DNA of 59,596 nt, the filler included, from Sphacelaria rigidula (Eukaryota): NCBI GenBank assembly GCA_964200075.2. It is 5 parts of 5 records of this genome, joined end to end, with 100 filler letters (N's around TTAATTAATTAA, not from the genome) between each part and the next. Parts side by side here need not be neighbours in the genome. Positions count along the whole stretch, not along the records: positions 47,760 to 59,596 come from CAXNAA020004439.1; 4 more parts are not named here. One strand, given 5' to 3'. This document shows, piece after piece, positions 49,894 to 59,596 of this stretch. Both the position numbers and the translations under genes were made by a program. The stretch's first letter is position 1. Every line of letters starts with the position of its first letter. Below the pieces are notes generated by a model. That model did no database searches and was not told the origin of the DNA. It saw nothing but the letters and a program-made list of their open reading frames with translations.

Positions 49894-51083
49894 GGCTATT
49901 GTGTCGAATGTTGTCATCCGTGACATGTTGATCACTCCTCTTGCGATTTTCCGAAATGCACTCTTTCAGCAAAGCATCAGCCACCGTGACTTTTCGGTAC
50001 CCATATATAAACGTTCGTCGTTCGCCTCAAACGAGAACCCCGCATGTGATGACGAATTTTGCTGTCTGAGAATGACGAATGAAGGAACTGGTCCTCGCTC
50101 AATCCCGTGTGTGCTTGGATACGCTGTCGGCTGTGTTTATCCTACGTCACCTGAAGACGCGTATCCACAGCGTTAGCGCAGCGGTTATTGCCAAAAGACT
50201 GAGTTTGATGTTTGGAGTGCGCCCGTAACAGCGGTCAACATGAAAGATCCGTATAGTCCATACATTTTATAGTATAACTACGGAGGATTTGAAAGTTCAA
50301 CTGACGGCACTGCGTCCATCACTCGAGTCCATGTGTTTGAATAACTTGGCGATATCATCAGTCAACTTTGCCCTGCCATGACAAGCTACAATCAAGGGAA
50401 GGAAAGATAATGATGGCTCGGCCTGAAGACATCGTGCTATCCGCTTGCATTCATTTCACGGTTTACTGGATACCGTTGAAATAACGATTGCCTCATTCGG
50501 CATCTATGTAAGAGCCAATGTTATGATGAATCGTGGGTCCTGTGAAACGGAAACGTTGGACTGTTTGTGTACCCCAATACATATACAATATATGCCGAAA
50601 TGATGTTGAGTTCATTGCTGTTCGCGGGAGTCAAGCTAACGCATCCGTTCAGTTACTCTCGTCCACGTGAAGCCGCGTTTCTACGGCATCCAGGCAGGAA
50701 TACTATGTGTCTGCAATAAGCGCACACATGTATGTTCATATCGCATGGTGAGGGGGATGCCGTTGCAATGCTGCCCGCTTGATTTGGAGCTTGCTGTGCA
50801 CTGTTAAAAATCGGAGATATCCTACACTCATACAAATTTTTTCATGTACTGTCTGTTACCGTTGAACTGGGGGCATAAAAGCAGGTCATCTGCTGTGTGC
50901 ACCTCATCACCTGAAATGGCGTTGTCAAAATGTTTGCGCAGTGCATAAACCAAGCTGATATCCATCTTTCTGCAACCTGCATTACATCATCAATCATTCT
51001 CCTGCTGATCAAGTGATACTGGTATGCATGATACCATAAACTGACTGAGTGTGATGTTTGGGGTGCATGTTGCATAACAGCGG

Positions 51084-51086
<3 letters not shown>

Positions 51087-51124
<38 letters not shown>
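51087..51124. repeat. (TA)n microsatellite
   Basis: Uninterrupted AT dinucleotide run. Confidence 0.95.
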
Positions 51125-51126
<2 letters not shown>

Positions 51127-52446
51127 CATTCAACAGGTTAGCGGGTATTTGAAGTGTAATTCCCCGCCCCAAGCAGCCACGTTGCATCAGTCGACAAGCG
51201 TTGTTTCAAGCATCATCGATCTGCTGCCATCCAACCTTGCTTTGGCCTTGACACGATGTAATTGAGAGGCAGACCACCAAACAGATAGTGAGTGAAGCGC
51301 ACGAGGGCGTACACGGGAACCCTGATGTTACATGAAGCTAGGGGGGGTATCACCTGCAACCATGCAAAAGACCATGCTATGCTATGCTTGCTGCTTTACA
51401 CGCCATGGCAGGTCAAATCTTTCACACAGAGCAATGAAAACGTTGAAGCGGTGTGATCTCCCTCACGCCTTGAAATAAAAAACTTGCCCTCACAGGTGAG
51501 TGCACAGGATCGAAATGTGAAAGCCGATCGTGCAAGGTGCTGTGAGATGAGACAACTTGGTGCTTGCTTTATACACCACATCACGGTTGACGCTAAGATG
51601 AAATGCTTCTCTACACCGCTTTACTGTATTCTTGGATGCCATAGCTGCTGTATGCCCGAGTTCTGCTGTGTAACGCAGCTGCTCAGTTTCAATGTAGGCT
51701 ATGATTTCGCCGTGTGATGAGACAACGCCATGCTTGCTTTATAGCCGTGACGGGTCAAATCTTGTCGTGTAGACCTGAATGAGTAGAGTCACGGTGGATG
51801 CTAGGATTGCATTACTCTCTATACTGCTTTACTAAATCTTTCCATGCAACAGCTGCTGTGTGCTTTCTGCTGTGTGATGCAGCTGAAAGGAGCAACACAA
51901 TAAAATTTTGCAGTTTGATACAGCTGAAATGGAACCACGCTATCCTGCTCCACATATACTCAAACTCGACAACACCCGCTCGATGAAAAAAATCGCTTGT
52001 GTTGTTGAGAAGGATGGCGGTTAAGTGAACGAGATGCAGTGGTGTGGAATGATTGTGTCTATCAACTCCGAAAACGCATCGTGACCTTTGTATAGTGAAT
52101 CTCCATCGAATCACGAATTGCGAGGTTTGAATGGACGAAACATGAGGCATCTACCCCACCCCCTGGTCAGGGGGGGCAAATCGTTAATGCTCGAAATGCT
52201 TTATTGTCATGGAAAATGGATGTAACCTTTACGTGGTTCCCCCTGTTTGATCGTTTGCGCCCTTTGTAGATATCTTTTAAGAGTATATCCGAGCAATGCA
52301 TGCGTAAAACAAATAGGGAGTTATGTGAAGTTGTATGAACCATATATATATATATATATACATGCTTGCACCATACAGCGAACAAGCAGAAGTTGATTAC
52401 ATACAGGAAAATGGGCGAGGACGAAGGCTCAAGATGTCGAGACTAT

Positions 52447-52921
52447 GCTTGTTCGAACAGGTTGACAGAGCAGCCAGGATTTCCCCTGCGTTTTCGAACA
52501 GGTTCACAGGGGGCCAGGAGTTTCCCGTCCGTGTTCGAACAGGTTGGCATGTATCCAGGATTCCCCATGTGTTTTCGAACAGGTTGACAGGTGGCCAGGA
52601 GTTTCCCATGCGCGTGCGAACAGGTTGACAGAAATCCAGGATTTTCCATGTGTTCTCGAACAGGTTGACAGGTAGCCAGGATTTCCATGTGTTTTTGAAC
52701 AGTTTGACAGGAGGCCAGGGGTTTTTCATGCGCGTGCGAACAGGTTGACAGGGATCCAGGATTTCCCATGTGTTTTCGAACAGGTTGACAGGGAGCCAGA
52801 ATTTTCCATGTGTTTTCGAACAGGTTGACTGGAGGCCAGGAGTTTCTCATGCGTATTCGAACAGGTTGACATGGGAGCAAGAATTTTCTCATGTGTTTTC
52901 GAACAGGTTGGCATGGAGCCA
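52447..52921. repeat. 40-41-bp tandem array, 12 units, inside the LTR element
   Basis: GAACAGGTTG-type core at 52455, 52496, 52537, 52577, 52618, 52658, 52697, 52738, 52778, 52818, 52859 and 52901. Confidence 0.97.
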
Positions 52922-53774
52922 CAATTCCCTTAGGATTCCATAAAACTAGACTTGGCTGTCCCCGACACGTGATACCCTGTCCAAATGCACACGCGTGAAG
53001 CTGTTTTGTCCGGTTATATTGCTGTTCCCTTCCTTCTCCTTCCCCTTTATTTTTTTGTTCGCTATCATTATACTCGTGAAGAGCGAACGCCATTTTAGCC
53101 GAAGCGAGTAGGAACGATGCACAGCAGCTGTGGGTACAAGCTGAAGTTAGGCACCACAGCAAGAGTGGCCACCGCTCACAGGTAACGGTGTTACTGGGCA
53201 CCGGGGCAGGGGGGGGAAGCTAGGCATCGAAACAATCGTGAAGGTTGTTGGTAACGTGGGGTAATATAGCAAATAAGTTGCAACGGCAGGGAGCAGGAAT
53301 TTTGAGGTCCACTAACCCTGGTAACAGTAAAATATCTCAGATGAAAATTTTAGGGTCAGCGGTAATTCTTATTCTTTTCCGCACAAAGGATAAGTTAATA
53401 AAGGTATGGGTCCTGGTGGTCCATGGATTACCATATAGATTTATTCCGGCAGCGAGTTTCTTCTGGAAAAACAAGAGCACGTTATCATTCGAAGGGCGAT
53501 CGAGAGTTCGGCCTTTGCCGGAGGCGCCATGAGTCCGGTTCGTGTCTAACAGTCCCCCAAATCGGAGCTGTAGACACCGACCACCTCAGCAGCCAAGGAG
53601 ATTCGGCAACTTTGAACCTCTTTCGTGCTGTCAAACCAAGCGCGCTTGGTGACGACTCGACAGTAAGCTTGCCTGGTCGGAGCGAACTGGCAGCATCGAA
53701 TGAAGTGTGGAAAAGCCTCGGAGTGGTGTGGGAGGACGATGCCACGCTGCAGTGGCTGCTGCATCCAACGGAAG

Positions 53775-54055
53775 ACGGCGGTCAACAAGATCAAGGACTT
53801 CTCCGGACTGGATGGGATCGTTTCTGTACGGTTTTTAAATTTCCTACGTGGTCTAACCCGGCAGAGAGATCTATAAGAGCGGGAGTTGCCGAGACTGTTC
53901 GAGATTGTGCTGCACGGTGTTTAAATTCCCCACGTGGTCTAACCCGGCAGAGCGGTCAACAAGGTCAAGGAACCTCCCCTGGGCGGGATATAATCGTTCC
54001 TGCGCGATGTTGAAATACCCTACGCGGTCTTACCCAGCCGAACGGTTATCAAGAT
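53775..54055 (+). repeat. Degenerate ~88-bp tandem x3 near the 3' end of the LTR element interior
   Basis: AAAT..C.ACG.GGTCT.ACCC.GC.GA at ~53835, ~53922 and ~54012. CGGTCAACAAG.TCAAGGA at ~53778 and ~53953. Confidence 0.75.
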
Positions 54056-54160
54056 CGACGGCTACACCAAGACGCCGAGTACTCGGGAAGAGGGACATGG
54101 TATCGCGGCGATCCATCGTGTGAACCACGTTCAGTCCCAGGGTTTTTCAACCCTAGGACT

Positions 54161-54169
54161 GAGGGGGAG
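54161..54169 (+). promoter_or_regulatory. Polypurine tract
   Basis: GAGGGGGAG directly before the 3' LTR TG. Confidence 0.75.
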
Positions 54170-54829
54170 TGTTACGGATCGCGGCATGGCGTGGTGGATA
54201 AAGGGTAATACGATGGTGGGCCGTCGGTTTCAAAACGACACTACGCCCGGAGGGCTGATTGCGGGAACTGGCTAGTACCGCAATCAGGGTGAAGGCGTTT
54301 GTGATCCGTCAAGAGACGGAACACATAAAGATACCTCTTTACATCTGGTTGAATTAGGTTCTTCCAAAGGATCGATTCAACCAGCACCCTGGTGTTTTAC
54401 TTCTTCTCTGAAGTGCCAAATTAAACACGACCAAGAAGAATGAGAAATCGAATAGGCCGGAAGCTGTGATCGTGATATCGTGACGTTTATCGTGTATCGT
54501 TCTGCGTTGGACTTTCCCACGTGTTGTGAACTTACGATTGTTTCAAGGAATACGGTGAGACTGTGAGATGTTTGATTCAAGCAGTGAGTATGATGCAAGA
54601 AGGTCGACAAAGCAGTAAATACGAACTGTGTGCCAAATGGAATGGTTGAATGGGTTGAGTCGTAATCAACGTGTTCCTGCGTATTCAACATGGTATATAT
54701 TAATCATCACGCATTTGTCTGCGCACGATTTGACTTAACTAGATGCTTGGTCGCTCTAGTACACAGGCTCGCACAGTAGAGATACGTATGTGGACAACAA
54801 TTATGAACAACACTATTCTGTTTGTAGCA
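54170..54829 (+). repeat. 3' LTR
   Basis: TGTTAC...GTAGCA. Diverged copy of 49224-49875. Confidence 0.95.
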
Positions 54830-54849
54830 AATGTTGCCCGGAGTCTACA

Positions 54850-55230
54850 GGACCTTGCGGTCCATCCAAGCTATCGTTTGTTGAATTTGACGTCGACACG
54901 CCGGAGACATGGCATGCCATATCTCAACCCTTCATCCATGATCGAAGGGACACCAAAAGGAAAATTTCAGAACAATTTCATAAACTGGCCTTAGCTTTTT
55001 GTGTTCTTGCTCTCTTTTTTGCGCTGGCCATTGTTCGCGTGGACCTTGCGGTTCATCCGAGCTATCGTTTGTTGAATTCGACGTCGACACGCCGTAGATA
55101 TGGCATGCCATACCTCAACCCTTTATCGATGATCGGAGGGAAACCAACAGGAAAAGCTTAGGAAAATTTCAAGGAATGGGCCTTAGCCTTTTTGTGTTCT
55201 TGCTCTTTCTTTTTTCTCCTGGCCATTGTT
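54850..55230. repeat. ~193-bp tandem array, right part, about 2 units
   Basis: Resumes in register at GGACCTTGCGG (54850). Next anchor at 55042. Confidence 0.95.
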
Positions 55231-55301
55231 TGTTTATATCGACCCAAAAATGCTCGAGTTACGTCTTTCCATGCTTCCATCCCTACTAACAATGTTCCCC
55301 C

Positions 55302-57013
55302 GTGATAGTGCGCACCGCTCTGCATACCAGCTGGGGGCCGGTGGTGTTGGATCCGTGTCATTATGCAGTCATGCCAGGTGCCGATGATGTGATGATCATC
55401 GGGAGCGGTACGATGGAAGCCATGAGCATTGACGTGTACAGTGGGCTGGACGCATGTGCACGCTCAAGACACGCGTTGGTGAGAGGTGTAGATACGCCTG
55501 GATTCCGACAATGTAGGCGTGTGGGCATCGCCATTGAGGCATTACAGGATCCAGGTGGACAAGAGGGACGTTGAGCGATTGATACCGCGTGGCCCCGAGA
55601 TGAATATGACTCCAGAGGAGGAGCTGGCAGAGCATCATAATGCATTGGATCATACAGTACAGGCGGCTGCAGACAAGGGGATATCGGCGAGCGGCGTTGG
55701 TAAGCTTCGGGAGGTTGTTGGGCGTCGTGTCAACCCTTTTCGGCGAGCACTGCGCGGTGATCCGCCTGCTCGTGTAGAGCCATTGAAGGTGAGATGCAAA
55801 CCGGGGGTTAGAGCAGTCAAGGCGAGCCCGTGGGTGTATTCCCCTGTAAACGCCGCGTGGTTAGCAGGGTGCATGGCGACGCTGGTGGCGCTTGGGCTTG
55901 TATTTCGCAGCTTACAGGCAGTGTGGGCGAGCGCGGCCATGGCGACGCCGAAGGAGGGCGGTTATCGACTGGTGAGTGGTTATCGCGCAGTTTACAAGCA
56001 GATTGAGAAGGTTCCCAGTGTCATGCCTAACCACGAGACGGAGATGATCGACTTGCTAGGCGCTGCGTGTTTTGGCAAGATTGATATGCTGCGGGGTTAT
56101 TGGCAGATGCCGTTGGCGGCTGATGCATAAGAAATATTCACGATCGCGACTCCCGAAGGTCTGTTTACCCCCACACGGGTGCCGCAAGGGGTGTTGAATG
56201 CGACGGGGTATTTTCAAGGCATCATGACAGGATTATTGACCGGACTTCAGAGCAAAGTATGGGTGGATGATATCTTATAGTGGGGTAAAGATGAGGATGA
56301 TCTGTTGTGTACACTGGACGAGATTGTGGGCCGTTTGGAGGATGCTGGTCTTTTTGCGGCTGCGCATAAGTAAATGTTCTACGACACACACATCACGTTG
56401 TGCGGAAAGGTCTTTTCAGATGGTCAAGTGGCTCATGACCGCGAGAGACTGAGCGGGCTGACCAATCTTAGGCGCCCGCGCACAGCAGGCGAGCGTATGC
56501 AGTTCCTGCAGGCGGTAAACTGGCTGAGAACGTTCCTGCCGCGTTTGGCGGAAGTGGTGGAGTCGCTGCGGGTATGACTGGAGGAACACATGCGGAGAAA
56601 CGTGCGCCGTACCAAGCGAGTGGCGTCAAACCGGACAATCGAGGGGTCGGCATAGATGTCCAGACGTGCTCAGGCGTGGCACGAGGCGTAGGATCTGGTG
56701 GCGCATGCTGTCGATTTGTCATATTCCAAGTAGGGGTATGAGGTGCTGATGTTTCCAGACGCATCGGATCTACACTGGAGCACTTTTCTTACGCAGGTGC
56801 CGAAGGATGAGCTGGGTGGTACATTGGCAGTGGAAGACATGAGCCATGAGTCGATGGGGTTTCTTAGCGTATCTTCTCGTGGAGCGCAGGTTCGGTGGGC
56901 TACGGTCGACTAGGAAGGCTATGCAATCGTCAGCACTTTCTGTAGATTAGAGTATCTTCTATGGGGTGAGGAACATATCTTTACCGATCATCGTAACCTA
57001 GCATGCATTTTTG
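55302..57013 (+). pseudogene. Ty3/gypsy pol fragment (protease C-terminus, RT, RNaseH), degenerate
   Basis: RT motifs WASAAMATPK..YRLVSGYRAV, FGKIDMLRGYWQMPL, PTRVPQGVLNATGYFQ and KVWVDDIL (WVDD at 56260-56271). RNaseH LMFPDASD, RWATVD*EGYAIV and IFTDHRNL. It has multiple stops (e.g. 56128, 56278) and a frameshift near 55560. No integrase or own LTRs are visible. Confidence 0.95.
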
Positions 57014-57159
57014 ACGTGAACGAAAAACCAACCACGTGCTCGTTCAAACACGTGACAACCCATACACAAACGTGCCACGGTCGAAGATCATTGATGAATG
57101 CGCGCATAATGTCTTTATCTTCAACCACCGGAAGCACTCGCGTCATACCTGCTCACATA

Positions 57160-57392
57160 GGACGAGCGTACGCATTTCGTATCTTCCAGCTCATTTTCAC
57201 GCTAAAAGCAGGTGTCACTGTCTCCTACAGTAAGTACGAGCCTACGCATTTCGTGTTTTATTGCTCATTTTCACGCTAACAGCAGCAATCCATGTATCCT
57301 GCACACAGTCAGTACGAGCCTACGCATTTCGTGTGTTTTTGCTCATTTTCACGCTAACAGCAGCAATCCATGTATCCTGCAGTCAGTACGTA
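57160..57392 (+). repeat. 74-78-bp tandem repeat x3
   Basis: ACGAGC.TACGCATTTCGT....GCTCATTTTCACGCTAA.AGCAG at 57162, 57236 and 57314. Confidence 0.9.
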
Positions 57393-57899
57393 CAAACCGC
57401 ACAAATATGATTCGACTGTATTCCTGCGTGAACAAGGTTATACGAGTTTCTCTTTATTTAGCATACAGCAGCATAATAAAAACTGCCCCACCCTAGGTCG
57501 TCACCAGATACCATTCATATAATTACCATTCGAGCAGAACTTCGCCCATGCCTGCCAAAATTCCACTCAGCATATGAAAATCCACACATGCATGCCAGAA
57601 TTTCACTCAGCACATGTAGTGCCACCTTCCTCGCAGCAAACACCATGTATCGTTCGTGCCAACCAGATAAGCACAACACACAGATGCCAAATATCCACGT
57701 GTACGTCAGAGTTTCACCCTGCGCACGCGATACGATCATACTCGCTCAACAACCATGTTTCATGGGCAAATATGACCACAAACCACAACCTGCAATCATT
57801 CTCAAAAGGATTTGCGAATACCAGTCATAATGTGTGTCATCATTCTCAACAAGCACTCAATCACCACAGCACTTGCTCCTCAACATCAGTACCGTACGC

Positions 57900-59400
57900 G
57901 GCGCTCACCACAGCAAGAACCTCAGGTAATGAATGCCTTCTTTGTCGTCCTCCAGCCCGCTCCTGAGAAACGGCAGCACTCGAACCACAACCCCGTGCAC
58001 AGCGTAGAGCAGCGCTTCCACTCGAACACTCGCTCCTCACGCCATGAGTCCAGCTGCAGCTCCCACCCTCGTAGAGTCGCTCAGCTCGCCACTCAACGGT
58101 ATATCCGCACCGCCGAACCAATGCGACAAGCCATCTGCCTCCACAGATACTTGAGCAGTACTGAACACCCGTGCTTCAGTCAGTTTTACAGAGGACACGA
58201 AAGGCGAAACGGGAACAGCTACACAGTCCCGAACAGCACAACCGAACAGCTACACACTATCCTCCTCAAACACCTCGCGGCGCAACAGTGGAGACACCTC
58301 CGCCATCGCCGCCAAACACGCCAAAGCTGTCCATGTAAACAGCAATGCGTATGACCACCCCAACACTACGCAATCCAGCGAATCCACATCCGCCAGCCCG
58401 ACATCCACTTTTCCTTCAAGTAGGCACCCCTGCGAGTCATCTGAATAACCTTCCGCCGAATCACTGGCGCAGATAGACTCGCCCTGAGCATCGCAAGCCC
58501 CAAGCTTGCCATGCTGACTCTCATCACGAAGATGACACTCCCTTGCAGGGGTGAGCACGCGAGATGTGTCCCCAATCACGCGCTGGTCCGGCGGCCACAA
58601 GCAACCACGGTCTCTGCCTCTCAGCGCTAGCTCATCGGAGCAAATTGGCTTCGCGTTTACAACAGCAGTGGTAGCAGCGGCTGGATCAAATATCCTCGCT
58701 GCAGCCACCACCTCCTGCTCAGCGCATTCCTGAACGGCAACATCGGCAGCTGAGCTGTATGTATCCCATTCGAGTTGCGTGGCATGTCCGCCTTCTTTAA
58801 CAGCAATATCAGCAGCATCCAAGCCGATGCTTACTATCGGCGGGCGCGCTCTCATGCCTACCCGCTTTGACAGACACGTGCTGTGTCTCCTTCTCACTCT
58901 GCACAGTGAAAACAGCTACGCTGCACCGTTGCTTCAGATGCGCACCACCGACTGCACGTTCAGCGGGTGCACTATCGTGCCTGTCCCGTCGGGCAGGCAC
59001 ATGCTTCTCGCCCTTGACAGTGCATGCGAGAGCGCTCTCATGTCTGTCCCCTCTGACACACACGTGCTGTGTGACAAGTGCGCGCTTCATAGTGCGATGC
59101 TTCCCACCCGACGACGCATGCTTGCGCAACGCGAAAAGCAGCTGCTCGTTCTCAACATCATGATCATGTTTCAAGAACGTGTCACACAGACATATCGCAA
59201 TACCTTTTGGCATGAGGTCAGCAACGGCTGCCACCTCAAAGAGGTTTGTCCACCGCGCGTTCACCCGATCTACATCTGCACATATTGCTCGTATTTTCGT
59301 AGAAACTCGGCTGATTTCTCGCTCGAAAAACTGCGGCCATAGTCCGGCACCTCCAGCGCCAGTACAGGAACAACACGACCATCGACGATGGCATATTACT
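57900..59400 (-). pseudogene. Degenerate coding remnant, possibly retrotransposon gag-like
   Basis: Protein-like minus-strand frames broken by stops and frameshifts: YAIVDGRVVPVLALEVPDYGRSFSSEKSAEFLRKYEQYV/VDRVNARWTNLFEVAAVADLMPK.. followed by an Ala/Val/Asp-rich region. The family assignment is by impression only. Confidence 0.35.
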
Positions 59401-59596
59401 GCGTCACATCATTTTGAACAGTCGGACAGGCTTTGCCGCTACTACCTCCACGCTGCTCATCAAGCGCCGAGCCACCACGACATGTGTACATGGTGAACAA
59501 TCACAAAGCAGCACCTCAACAGCTCAACAGTGGTCCCAGAAAAACCAGCGACGTTTCTCATTCGCAGGAACAACAACTTTCCATACACCAAGACGC

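Larger units (their letters stand above)
49224..54829 (+). mobile_element. Full-length non-autonomous LTR retroelement (LARD-like), 5.6 kb
   Basis: Two ~655-bp direct repeats, 4-bp TSD AATG (49220-49223, 54830-54833), PBS and PPT. I could not recognise gag/PR/RT/INT motifs in the 4.3-kb interior. Confidence 0.9.
48959..54849. mobile_element. Solo LTR (281 bp: 48959-49223 plus 54834-54849), split by a later insertion
   Basis: Ends TGTGGAC...GTCTACA (TG..CA, 6/7 inverted). It is flanked by the 4-bp direct repeat GGAC (48955-48958, 54850-54853). Removing it restores a satellite unit. Confidence 0.75.

Noticed and set aside
52447..52921. CRISPR-like appearance of the 40-bp array
   Set aside because: The variable parts are homologous point variants, not unique spacers. 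There are no cas genes and the context is eukaryotic.
52335..53201. Repeat-protein ORFs (CQPVRKHM.., PVNLFENTW..)
   Set aside because: These are translations of a 40-41-bp repeat that cycles through frames, with no coding evidence.
53423..54013. 196-aa ORF inside the LTR element as gag/env-like cargo
   Set aside because: It has no recognisable motif and its 3' half runs through the ~88-bp repeat. It cannot be supported without a homology search.

Overview
Eukaryotic, intron-rich and repeat-rich nuclear DNA. Gene structure and protein content point to a photosynthetic stramenopile, most likely a brown alga (inference). The window is not one locus: it is five unrelated contigs of about 11.84 kb in descending size, joined by artificial 100-nt N44-TTAATTAATTAA-N44 linkers. 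Contig 1 (1-11841) carries the last 8 exons of HCF136/Ycf48 (photosystem II assembly factor), plus MITE-like and LINE debris. Contig 2 (11942-23781) carries one prolyl oligopeptidase exon, a long fold-back hairpin and a decayed Ty1/copia element cut off by a DNA-transposon-like end. Contig 3 (23882-35721) is mostly non-coding and has one exon of a TPT-family sugar-phosphate transporter. Contig 4 (35822-47659) carries the 3' part of an uncharacterised single-pass membrane protein with a very long disordered tail. Contig 5 (47760-59596) holds the most structured feature, a nest: a ~193-bp tandem array is split by a 281-bp solo LTR (TSD GGAC), which is split by a complete 5.6-kb LTR element (TSD AATG, PBS, PPT) with no recognisable gag/pol but internal 40-bp and ~88-bp arrays. 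A dead Ty3/gypsy pol and a gag-like remnant follow. I found no CRISPR array, rRNA, intact tRNA or intact transposase/RT.
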